64,000 nucleotides of DNA, from the IMG/VR virus record IMGVR_UViG_3300036766_002288, positions 123,012 through 187,011 of that record. One strand, given 5' to 3'. A model generated the notes under the pieces. That model ran no database searches. It worked only from the letters and a program-made list of their open reading frames with translations, and was not told where the DNA came from. Source of the stretch: a virus. The translations under genes and the position numbers were made by a program. This document shows, piece by piece, positions 56,288 to 64,000 of the stretch. How positions within the stretch are numbered: position 1 is the first letter of the stretch; every line of letters starts with the position of its first letter.

Positions 56288-57301
56288 ATGGACCGAGACA
56301 GCTTAGCATTAAACGAAAAAATGAAATCATTTTATCCAAGGAAGAGTGCAAATAGAAATGATGATCCATGTATTGCGGAATGTGGGTCTCCTTGTCCTCC
56401 TTATGGTGAGGAAAAACCACTTGGCAAGTTGAGTCAATGGACTACAGGGGATGGTAAGCGTTTTCTCCCATCTGGCTACACTAAAGAAGTTTTACCCCCT
56501 GGTCTCTATGAAATTAGTCATTCCAGTGATATTGGTTTGTATTTTGAAAAAGTACCAATAAGAACTGAAGGCTTAATTCGTTTTCCTCAAACCAATTCTG
56601 AAAAAGTTTTAAAAGAAATTGATATTTTCTGGAATAGAGAAGCTGTATTCAAAGAGTATGGTTTAAACTATAAACGTGGTATCATGTTGTGGGGACCGCC
56701 AGGTGGTGGTAAAACTTGCACTGTTAATTTAATAATGAAAGATGTAGTTATAGATCGCGCTGGCATAGTGATAAAATTCACTTCACCTGGGTTGTTTATT
56801 GCTGGAATGCGAGTTCTAAGAGAAATTCAGCCCACGACACCAGTTGTAATTTTAATGGAAGATATAGATGCTATTATAGAGCATTATCAAGAATCACCAG
56901 TTTTGAATATATTGGATGGTGTTGAAAGCGTTCAGAAGGTTGTTTTCTTAGCAACCACCAATTATCCAGAAATGCTTGGACCGCGTATCATTAACAGACC
57001 TTCTAGATTTGATAAGAGATTTCATATTGGGTATCCTAATCCTGCATCTAGAAGGTTATATTTCGAGCATCTACGTGGTAATAGGGACTTGAATATTAAT
57101 TTGGATACTTGGGTCAGGGATACTGAAGAATTTTCCATTGCACATCTTAAAGAACTTTTTGTTGCAGTTATTATTCTTGGAGATGAATATGAGGAAGCTT
57201 TAGAGAATCTGAAGTTGATGAAGGAAGATATATCTTCGGATAAGGATAATTGTAAGAGTTTCAACCTATTTAAGCGTAAGCAAAACGATGAAGAATATTA
57301 A
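56288..57301 (+). CDS. AAA+ ATPase (BCS1/FtsH-like module, no protease domain)
   Basis: GPPGGGKT, MEDID, ATTNYPE, RPSRFD. Confidence 0.88.
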   Translation: MDRDSLALNEKMKSFYPRKSANRNDDPCIAECGSPCPPYGEEKPLGKLSQWTTGDGKRFLPSGYTKEVLPPGLYEISHSSDIGLYFEKVPIRTEGLIRFPQTNSEKVLKEIDIFWNREAVFKEYGLNYKRGIMLWGPPGGGKTCTVNLIMKDVVIDRAGIVIKFTSPGLFIAGMRVLREIQPTTPVVILMEDIDAIIEHYQESPVLNILDGVESVQKVVFLATTNYPEMLGPRIINRPSRFDKRFHIGYPNPASRRLYFEHLRGNRDLNINLDTWVRDTEEFSIAHLKELFVAVIILGDEYEEALENLKLMKEDISSDKDNCKSFNLFKRKQNDEEY

Positions 57302-57596
57302 AGAATTCTTTGGTATATTTTGGTCTTTTATATTTCTATTTTTATTGTCTGTAACGCTTGAAGGTTTAGTCTTCTCTTACTTATGGTTGTGGTTTGTCAC
57401 ACCATTTGGCGTTAAAGCAATATCAATATTACATGCTTTTGGCATATGTGTAATGATAGATTTTGTATCTTATCGCTATTACGACTATGTGAGAAACGAT
57501 GTGGGCTTAGCCACGTCAATTAATTATCTCTTAATAAGGCCATTGATGGCACTCACTACAGGATTTTTGTTAAAGCTTTTGATGGGCGTGTTATGA
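57288..57596 (+). CDS. membrane protein
   Basis: multiple hydrophobic segments. Confidence 0.55.
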   Translation: MKNIKEFFGIFWSFIFLFLLSVTLEGLVFSYLWLWFVTPFGVKAISILHAFGICVMIDFVSYRYYDYVRNDVGLATSINYLLIRPLMALTTGFLLKLLMGVL

Positions 57597-58003
57597 AAGT
57601 TGGTATTGTAGGAAGTCGTTCTTATAATAATTCAGGTCGTATACGGGCGGTCATTGAGAAATATGTTGGGAAGTATGGTGCGGAAAATTTATCTATCGTT
57701 AGTGGTGGTTGTCCTGATGGGGCCGACGCTTTAGCTAAGAATTTGGCTCTTGAGATGGGGCTGGATTACCAGGAATTTCCACCAGCACATTCAAAACATA
57801 ATTCTTATTGTGTTCTTCCACCAGAAAACTATAATAAGCCTTACCAAGTTGGAAATTTCTTTAAAAGAAATGGTCAAATTGCTGAATATGTTGACCATTT
57901 AATTGCATTTGTTGTTCATGGTATCAAAGCAAACGGAACGATGGATACTGTTAGGAGAGCTAATAAATTTGACAAGCAAGTATTGGTGCTGGAGGATAAA
58001 TGA
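57593..58003 (+). CDS. SLOG-family (YspA/DUF2493-like) protein
   Basis: IVGSRSY, IVSGG...GAD, FKRNGQI, GTMDTV. Confidence 0.75.
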   Translation: MKVGIVGSRSYNNSGRIRAVIEKYVGKYGAENLSIVSGGCPDGADALAKNLALEMGLDYQEFPPAHSKHNSYCVLPPENYNKPYQVGNFFKRNGQIAEYVDHLIAFVVHGIKANGTMDTVRRANKFDKQVLVLEDK

Positions 58004-58416
58004 GTGATAAAATGGGTATAAGTGGAGAGTTTCTTCTGTGGCCTAAGAAAAAATTTCGTTGGATGGTTCAATTCTTTAAGGATGGAGTTGCCGTAAGGGA
58101 CGCTGAATTTGTGAAAATGGGCAACAAGCCGCCGCCATCAGTTCTTTATCCTGAAAACACAAGATTTGAATTGATAATTTTTAATTTATGGCGTAAAAAA
58201 GGTTGGGAGCCAGAAGAATTTAATCAAGTTGAAATAAAATTGTTTGATGGAATGGGTAATCTGTTTGAGAGATGGTTACTTAAGGATGCTAAATTTTATA
58301 GTTTGGACCGCGATTTTATTAATGAGGATGAGTCTGATGAAGAAGAGTTGTTTACGGGGATTGTTACATTTGGGCCAGATATAGAATATAAAAGTGAGTT
58401 TCAGATGGGTGAATGA
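58000..58416 (+). CDS. possible tail-tube (gp19)-like protein
   Basis: PKKKFRW..., IKLFDG.G...ERW.L.DA pattern; weak. Confidence 0.35.
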   Translation: MSDKMGISGEFLLWPKKKFRWMVQFFKDGVAVRDAEFVKMGNKPPPSVLYPENTRFELIIFNLWRKKGWEPEEFNQVEIKLFDGMGNLFERWLLKDAKFYSLDRDFINEDESDEEELFTGIVTFGPDIEYKSEFQMGE

Positions 58417-58417
58417 A

Positions 58418-61400
58418 ATGCATCACGAAGTATGTGGATTAGAATTGACGCATTTGCATACGACCGAAGGCAGTCTATTAGACGGTTTTGGGTTCGTGAG
58501 TGAGTATGCAGAGAGGTGGAAGTCACATGGAAAGTATCTCTGCATAACCGATCACGGCATGATGGCGGCAATCCCAAGTCAGGTTAGAGAATGTAAGAAA
58601 AATGACCTTACTCCTATTTACGGTTGTGAGTTATATGTCAATTCTTTGCAGATTCAATATCATAGTGAGAAGGAATTTAAGGATTATCAAAAGACATTAG
58701 ACCCAGACAGCCTCAAATTACTTCGCAAAAGTTATCACTTATTAGCTATTGCACATAACGAAGTTGGTTATAGTAATTTAGTTACACTCAGTTCTTTGGC
58801 ATGGATTCATGGCCATTATTACCGTCCAAGAGTCAATCATGAACTCTTAATGCAATACAAAGAAGGAATTACATTCACTTCCTGTTGTTATGCTGGAGAG
58901 ATTGGCCAGGCTTTTGACAAGGGTGGTGAAGATGCTGGATTTGCCATGATTGAGAAATATATGGCAATGTTTGGCGAACATTTCTACTTGGAATTCATGT
59001 TATTGGATTTTGCAAAACAGAGACCATATAATCAATTCATTCTTAAGGCTAAAGATAAGTATGGATTGCCAATTATAGTGACGACAGACACACATTATTG
59101 TAATAAGGAAGATAGCCACAATCAGCGTTTGATGTTGATGGTTCAGACAAAAAATACAATTCAGGATATTCAAAAGAAAATAGAAGATGCGGGCGCTCAA
59201 GATTTGTTTGAGCTACAGGATACAAATCTATGGCAAAAAACCGAGGACGAACTGAATGAGAAATGGGAGAAAGACTTTCAGGACATAGATTACGATATCT
59301 TCAAGGAAGCGAAGCGGACGACTGTAGAAATCTGCCGTAAGGCTGGTAATGTCCAGCTTGATAGGTCTATGAAGTTTCCACAGATTCCTGATGCGAACGA
59401 TAAACTAAGAGAGGCGGTATTTGAAGGCTTTAAGAGCCGTGACTTGCCCAAGAATAAGACATACTCGAATAGGCTTAAAGAAGAGTTTGAGTTGGTTTTT
59501 GATAAGGGTTTTTCGAGTTATTTCTTGATTTTGAAGGCTACTGTTGATGAAGCTCGTCGTTATTCTATGGAGGTTTTTGGACACCCTAATGTTATTGGAC
59601 CTGGGAGAGGTTCATGTGTTGGCTCATTAATTTGCTATTGTTTAAGGGCTACTAATGTTGACCCGATTCAGCATGATTTGCTGTTTAGTAGATTTTTGAG
59701 TAAGGCCCGTAATGACTTGCCTGATGCTGACGTAGACTTTTTGAAGAGTGCAAGGGATTATTTAAAGACTGATTGGGCACCGAAATATTTTGGTGTAGAT
59801 TATGTTGCTAATATTGGGAGCTACAACACTTTTGGTATTAAAAGTAGCTTTATTGATATGGCAAAAGTTCATGGTAAAGATAGGCATGAAATCCTTAATT
59901 TGACTACCAAGCTAGGGTTGAAAGATGATGATGGCGACGTTTTGACATGGGACAAGGCATTAGAAATTTATCCCGAACTTAATAAGTATTGCGAAGCTAA
60001 TCAAGACATAGCACATGCATCCAAGAAATTAATTAATCGTAGCCGTAGTATGGGCAAACATGCTGGCGGTATCATTATTTCCAGTGAACCAATCAACAAA
60101 TACGTACCACTTGTTCGCGGTAAGGAAGGCGAGATTGTAACTGCTTGGACAGAAGGTTTGCATAGTCAAGACCTTGGGCCAATGGGATTTGTTAAGTATG
60201 ATTGGCTGGTAATTACAAACCTTGAGCAGATAAACTATGCTTGCAAGATCATTAAAGAGCGTCATGGTTTGACTGGCATCTGTAATAAGCCAGGGCAAGA
60301 GGATTGGAGCGATTCTGCATTCATTAATGATCCAGCTTCTATTGCTATGGCGAATGAAGCAGATTTGAAAGGTATATTCCAATTTGATTCAGATGGCATT
60401 AGGAACTTGGTTAGGAAGGGTGGAGTCAATACTTTCAACGATCTAGTCGCATACGCAAGCCTGTATCGTCCTGGGCCTATGTCTGAAGGTATGCATGAAG
60501 AATATTGTGCCAGAAAGAAGGGCACCAAGGAATATGTTATCCATGAGTTATTAAAGCCTGTTCTAGAAACCACTTATGGAGTTATTTGTTACCAAGAGCA
60601 GTGCATGAAGATTCTCCATATTGTTGGAGATATTCCGCTAGAAGACTGCGAAATCCTAAGAAAAGCTATTAGCAAGAAAAAAGAAGAATACTTTGCCAAA
60701 TATAAGGTTATGTTCATTCAGAATGGAATGAAAAACCTTGGCTGGACAGAAGAAGAGGTAATCACTCTATGGAAGTTACTTGAAGCGTTTGCAGGCTATG
60801 CTTTCAACCTAAGTCATGCCTGTGCATACACTTACATCTCGTCAATGCTATTATGGTTGAAGTCACATTATCCATTAGAGTTTTATACAGCTATTTTGCA
60901 TTTTGAGAATGATGCTGACAAGATTAAGGAATACAGGTTGGATGCGAAGAGGCATGATATCGTTATTCAGCCATTGGATTTAAATAAATCTAAGTGTAAG
61001 TTTGACATTACAGATGACCAGATTTATTTTGGATTTGCCAATATTAGTGGTATTGGGGAGGTTGCTGCACAACGTATAGTAGATAATCAGCCTTATGCAG
61101 GGTTTCATGAATTCTTGGTTCGTTTTGGTACTGATGAGAGTGTTATTAAGCCTTTGATTGGGTTGAAGATGTTTGAGAAGGATGGGGAGCCAACTCAGCT
61201 TTATTCTCATTATAAATGGTTCAAGGATATCAAAGATAAGCTTAAGGCAAGGGACTCACGGTTCAAGGATAGTTGTAAGCGTAATATTGAAACTGCTAAA
61301 ACGTTTGGTCTGGAAGTAAATGAGCATACGGATATATTGAATTTGAATGATTCCAGGGAGGAGGTCCAGGCTTTAGTCAAAAAACATGAAACAATGGTGG

Positions 61401-61951
61401 GTAAGTATAATGAAAAGCTGAATACAGTAATTAACGAACATACTTATAAATTGGCATTAATGGAAGGGGCTGTAAAGCCTGTTGAGATGGATGAGAAGTT
61501 GGTAGCGTTGTTTGCGTCTCCTGAAGAGTGTGAGACTAAGTTTTATGGATTTTTGTGGAATCACCCAATTTGTAAGAGTCCAGATTGGGAAGGCAAGCGG
61601 ACTTTTGATGTGTTTAAGGAAAAGGGGTTACAGATTGGTTATGTGGAGATTGTGGTTAATGCTGTAGTTAAGCAGGTTTCCAAGAAAAACACTAATTATT
61701 GGTTGGTAAAAGCGGAAGATGAGAATGGTGAAGATGCTCAAATACAGGTTTGGGAAGATGATTGGGAGCGTTTCAAGGATGATTTAAAAACTGGTCAATT
61801 TATAAAAATGGAGGTAAAAGCTCCTGATAAGGGGTTCTATCGTTACACATTGTATAGTCCGCCGAAGTGGATGCGTAATAAGTTAGTTCCTAAGACAAGG
61901 GCTGCTGATATGCGTGTATGGGTATTAAGAAAGCCAGAATTGTCTGATTAA
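58418..61951 (+). CDS. dnaE: DNA polymerase III alpha subunit
   Basis: PHP HLHT/TDHG, GPGRGS, LPDADVDF, KYDWL, YQEQ, GYAFNLSHA; no intein seen. Confidence 0.96.
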   Translation: MHHEVCGLELTHLHTTEGSLLDGFGFVSEYAERWKSHGKYLCITDHGMMAAIPSQVRECKKNDLTPIYGCELYVNSLQIQYHSEKEFKDYQKTLDPDSLKLLRKSYHLLAIAHNEVGYSNLVTLSSLAWIHGHYYRPRVNHELLMQYKEGITFTSCCYAGEIGQAFDKGGEDAGFAMIEKYMAMFGEHFYLEFMLLDFAKQRPYNQFILKAKDKYGLPIIVTTDTHYCNKEDSHNQRLMLMVQTKNTIQDIQKKIEDAGAQDLFELQDTNLWQKTEDELNEKWEKDFQDIDYDIFKEAKRTTVEICRKAGNVQLDRSMKFPQIPDANDKLREAVFEGFKSRDLPKNKTYSNRLKEEFELVFDKGFSSYFLILKATVDEARRYSMEVFGHPNVIGPGRGSCVGSLICYCLRATNVDPIQHDLLFSRFLSKARNDLPDADVDFLKSARDYLKTDWAPKYFGVDYVANIGSYNTFGIKSSFIDMAKVHGKDRHEILNLTTKLGLKDDDGDVLTWDKALEIYPELNKYCEANQDIAHASKKLINRSRSMGKHAGGIIISSEPINKYVPLVRGKEGEIVTAWTEGLHSQDLGPMGFVKYDWLVITNLEQINYACKIIKERHGLTGICNKPGQEDWSDSAFINDPASIAMANEADLKGIFQFDSDGIRNLVRKGGVNTFNDLVAYASLYRPGPMSEGMHEEYCARKKGTKEYVIHELLKPVLETTYGVICYQEQCMKILHIVGDIPLEDCEILRKAISKKKEEYFAKYKVMFIQNGMKNLGWTEEEVITLWKLLEAFAGYAFNLSHACAYTYISSMLLWLKSHYPLEFYTAILHFENDADKIKEYRLDAKRHDIVIQPLDLNKSKCKFDITDDQIYFGFANISGIGEVAAQRIVDNQPYAGFHEFLVRFGTDESVIKPLIGLKMFEKDGEPTQLYSHYKWFKDIKDKLKARDSRFKDSCKRNIETAKTFGLEVNEHTDILNLNDSREEVQALVKKHETMVGKYNEKLNTVINEHTYKLALMEGAVKPVEMDEKLVALFASPEECETKFYGFLWNHPICKSPDWEGKRTFDVFKEKGLQIGYVEIVVNAVVKQVSKKNTNYWLVKAEDENGEDAQIQVWEDDWERFKDDLKTGQFIKMEVKAPDKGFYRYTLYSPPKWMRNKLVPKTRAADMRVWVLRKPELSD

Positions 61952-61981
61952 TATTTATGAATTAGTAATATATAATTCATT

Positions 61982-62617
61982 ATGGGACACGATGCAAAAT
62001 TTGATAAGTGGCTTGAACAGTGGGATAAAGCCAAGGATACGAAAGCTTTTCAGTCAGAACCTAAACCTAAAGCTGAAGCAAAGACACCAGATTTTTTTGG
62101 TATTGGTGAGACAAAACCACGTCAAGAAAAGTTCAGTTTAAATGAAGTAGACTCCAAATATTGGAAAAAGCTTTACAAGTTATCTAAGGGTGAAACAGAG
62201 CTATTTCAGGAGTTAACGGGGATTCCAAGTATAGATGATGATCCTCTCCAATCTAAGACTGCGGAAGATGATGATGGTGGTGAGCGTGAGACTCCTGATA
62301 GGGATGAATTAGGTAAGAAGACGAAGAAGATGGCGAATACCGCCAATCCTACGATTCCTTCAACTATAGGAAAAGATCAAAGACCAGTAGTCACTGGTGA
62401 GTGGGAAGATGGTAAGGGGCTTAGGGAAATTAATGATATGAAGCTAAGTCTCTATAAATTAGAGAGTAAGCTTAATGCTGATCCTAAGTTTGGCGCATAT
62501 GGGCCAGAAGCACCTTCCATTAAGAATATTCAGGGGCAAATCAACGATTTAAAAGATAAGATCGACAAGTTAAGCAATTCACTTTCTCCAGATTTTGTAG
62601 CAGACGAAGAATCTTAA
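61982..62617 (+). CDS. hypothetical protein, C-terminal coiled coil
   Basis: long ORF; FDKWLEQ N-terminus. Confidence 0.55.
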   Translation: MGHDAKFDKWLEQWDKAKDTKAFQSEPKPKAEAKTPDFFGIGETKPRQEKFSLNEVDSKYWKKLYKLSKGETELFQELTGIPSIDDDPLQSKTAEDDDGGERETPDRDELGKKTKKMANTANPTIPSTIGKDQRPVVTGEWEDGKGLREINDMKLSLYKLESKLNADPKFGAYGPEAPSIKNIQGQINDLKDKIDKLSNSLSPDFVADEES

Positions 62618-62624
62618 TATATTT

Positions 62625-62665
62625 AAATAAGCCTTACTATTTTAAAGCAATAGTAAGGCTTATTT
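62625..62665. terminator. hairpin terminator
   Basis: 17-bp stem AAATAAGCCTTACTATT/AATAGTAAGGCTTATTT. Confidence 0.7.
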
Positions 62666-62667
62666 TT

Positions 62668-62874
62668 ATGAGTACAGTTTATTTTTTACTAAAATGCAAT
62701 AAATGTGGTTGGTGGAGGCGTTCAACTGGTCTCAGCGAAGACTTGAAGGACTTGTCCGAGGTGAAGGCTTGCAACAACTGTGGTGGCGCTAGGAAGTTCA
62801 AATGTCCTAAGTGTGGGCAATTAGTGAAGATGATAAGGGTAAAAAATGACATTGATAAAGAAAAAACAATCTGA
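62668..62874 (+). CDS. zinc-ribbon protein
   Basis: CNKC, CNNC, CPKC. Confidence 0.6.
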   Translation: MSTVYFLLKCNKCGWWRRSTGLSEDLKDLSEVKACNNCGGARKFKCPKCGQLVKMIRVKNDIDKEKTI

Positions 62875-64000
62875 AGAACCCATTTGTGATGTTCAATTTA
62901 ATATACATAAGTTCACAAAACGTATAAAGCCACAGGACAAGGATAAGATTCTGGTAATATCTTGTTTCAGTGAATTTGGTTGTGAAGTTATGGGTGCGAT
63001 GTATTGTGTTCCCAGGCTTATACGTGATAATCCAGGGGTATATATCATAGTGATGGGTTGGTATGGTAGGTCTTATTTATACAAGCATTTAGCTGATGAG
63101 TTCTGGGAAATGAAAGAAGAATTCCAATTTCTAAGAGATAAGGCGATGGCTTTTCACCATGTCAGTAAGAACTTGGCCAAGATAGAAAAGTATGCTGAAA
63201 ATTTTGGTAGGGTTGTAAGTTCTTATAAACTTGGCAGTATGGCTGTGGGCAGTACTTGTAAGCAGTGCGAGCATGTTTGGGGTGAAATGGGGGACAACAA
63301 TCGTTGCCCGAAATGTTCAAGTTTGGATATAGTTAAGTCCTTGTTTTCCAATGTTCCTTATTGGAAACCTACAAGAACACCGATTCCTTTACCTAGTGCT
63401 GAAAAAATGGCAGAAGCTGATAAGTTTCTGACCAGGAATAATGAGTGGCGTCCCGTTGCTGTTATAGCTAGAAATCGCACTACTTATGGTCGTAATTTAC
63501 AGCCAGAGTTTTATGTTAAGCTTATAGAATTATTAGAGAGGATGCGATATAAGCCAATTTGGTTGGGAGAAAAGCAGAGTACTTTGGCATGTCCAGTGCC
63601 GCACATCATTGATTTTTCAAGGATGCCAGAATCAAGAGATTTGGAATTAACGTTGGCTATAGTTGCAAAGTGTGAATTTACGGTGCAGTTTTGGACTGCC
63701 TCCACAAGGTTATCGGCTATGGTTGAAACTCCTTATTTGATATTTGAAAGTCCAGATCAGCTTTTTGGTCAAGGTCAAGAAGCTTATAGGATGGCATTGA
63801 CTACTAATAGCAAAAAGAAGTTGGCATTATGTCATTTCTTGAAGGTTTACAACGATAACGACTCTGCAATTAATTTAGTTGAAAGTTGTATTAAAGAAAT
63901 GCAGCATGGTAATTGGGAAGATGTGATAGGCATGGTGGATGAGCCAGATGTTGTTAAAGTTATAAGACAACAAAATCTTCATCGACTTGCGGGGATATAA
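62846..64000 (+). CDS. GT-B glycosyltransferase, GT9/heptosyltransferase-like, with zinc-ribbon insert
   Basis: GRNLQPEFYVKL...IWLG...IDF...DLELTLAIVAKC...TASTRLSAMVETP resembles GT9 C-domain; CKQC...CPKC. Confidence 0.6.
   Translation: MTLIKKKQSEEPICDVQFNIHKFTKRIKPQDKDKILVISCFSEFGCEVMGAMYCVPRLIRDNPGVYIIVMGWYGRSYLYKHLADEFWEMKEEFQFLRDKAMAFHHVSKNLAKIEKYAENFGRVVSSYKLGSMAVGSTCKQCEHVWGEMGDNNRCPKCSSLDIVKSLFSNVPYWKPTRTPIPLPSAEKMAEADKFLTRNNEWRPVAVIARNRTTYGRNLQPEFYVKLIELLERMRYKPIWLGEKQSTLACPVPHIIDFSRMPESRDLELTLAIVAKCEFTVQFWTASTRLSAMVETPYLIFESPDQLFGQGQEAYRMALTTNSKKKLALCHFLKVYNDNDSAINLVESCIKEMQHGNWEDVIGMVDEPDVVKVIRQQNLHRLAGI

Noticed and set aside
58418-61951. Intein in DnaE (also checked helicase and UvsX)
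   Set aside because: Lengths and motif spacing are normal; no splice motifs seen
1-64000. Genome-wide TAG-to-Gln recoding (code 15)
   Set aside because: Long genes are intact under code 11, and TAG is the evident stop of thyX, spoVR, the helicase and two GTs, often overlapping the next start or SD
1-64000. tRNA genes, DGR, retron or CBASS modules
   Set aside because: No cloverleaf apart from tmRNA ends, no reverse transcriptase or nucleotidyltransferase of those types recognised

Overview
AT-rich, gene-dense 64 kb segment of a large T4-like/jumbo dsDNA phage. Phage evidence: gp41/DnaB-like helicase, gp32-like SSB, UvsX/RecA, UvsY-like protein, DnaE, ThyX, dCMP deaminase, dNMP kinase, free-standing homing endonucleases, weak neck/tail-tube/head-completion-like genes and several proteins with T4 internal-protein-like N-termini. 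A TIGR03000-type domain points to a Planctomycetota host (inference). The accessory content is unusually rich. (1) A translationally coupled minus-strand operon of eight paralogous GT-A glycosyltransferases (two subfamilies) with a DegT aminotransferase and a PseH-like GNAT; HldE, a GT9-like enzyme and a methyltransferase lie elsewhere. (2) A membrane-type MoxR/DUF58/VWA (Bat-like) cluster. (3) A PrkA-YeaH-SpoVR triad with an inserted macrodomain and an apparent ATC start. (4) A tmRNA and a candidate rod-shaped ncRNA. (5) Two in-frame TAG codons that read naturally as Gln, although TAG is otherwise a normal stop. (6) A stand-alone IF2_N-like protein and many exported or Cys-rich proteins. All calls are from motif recognition by eye; no database searches were run.
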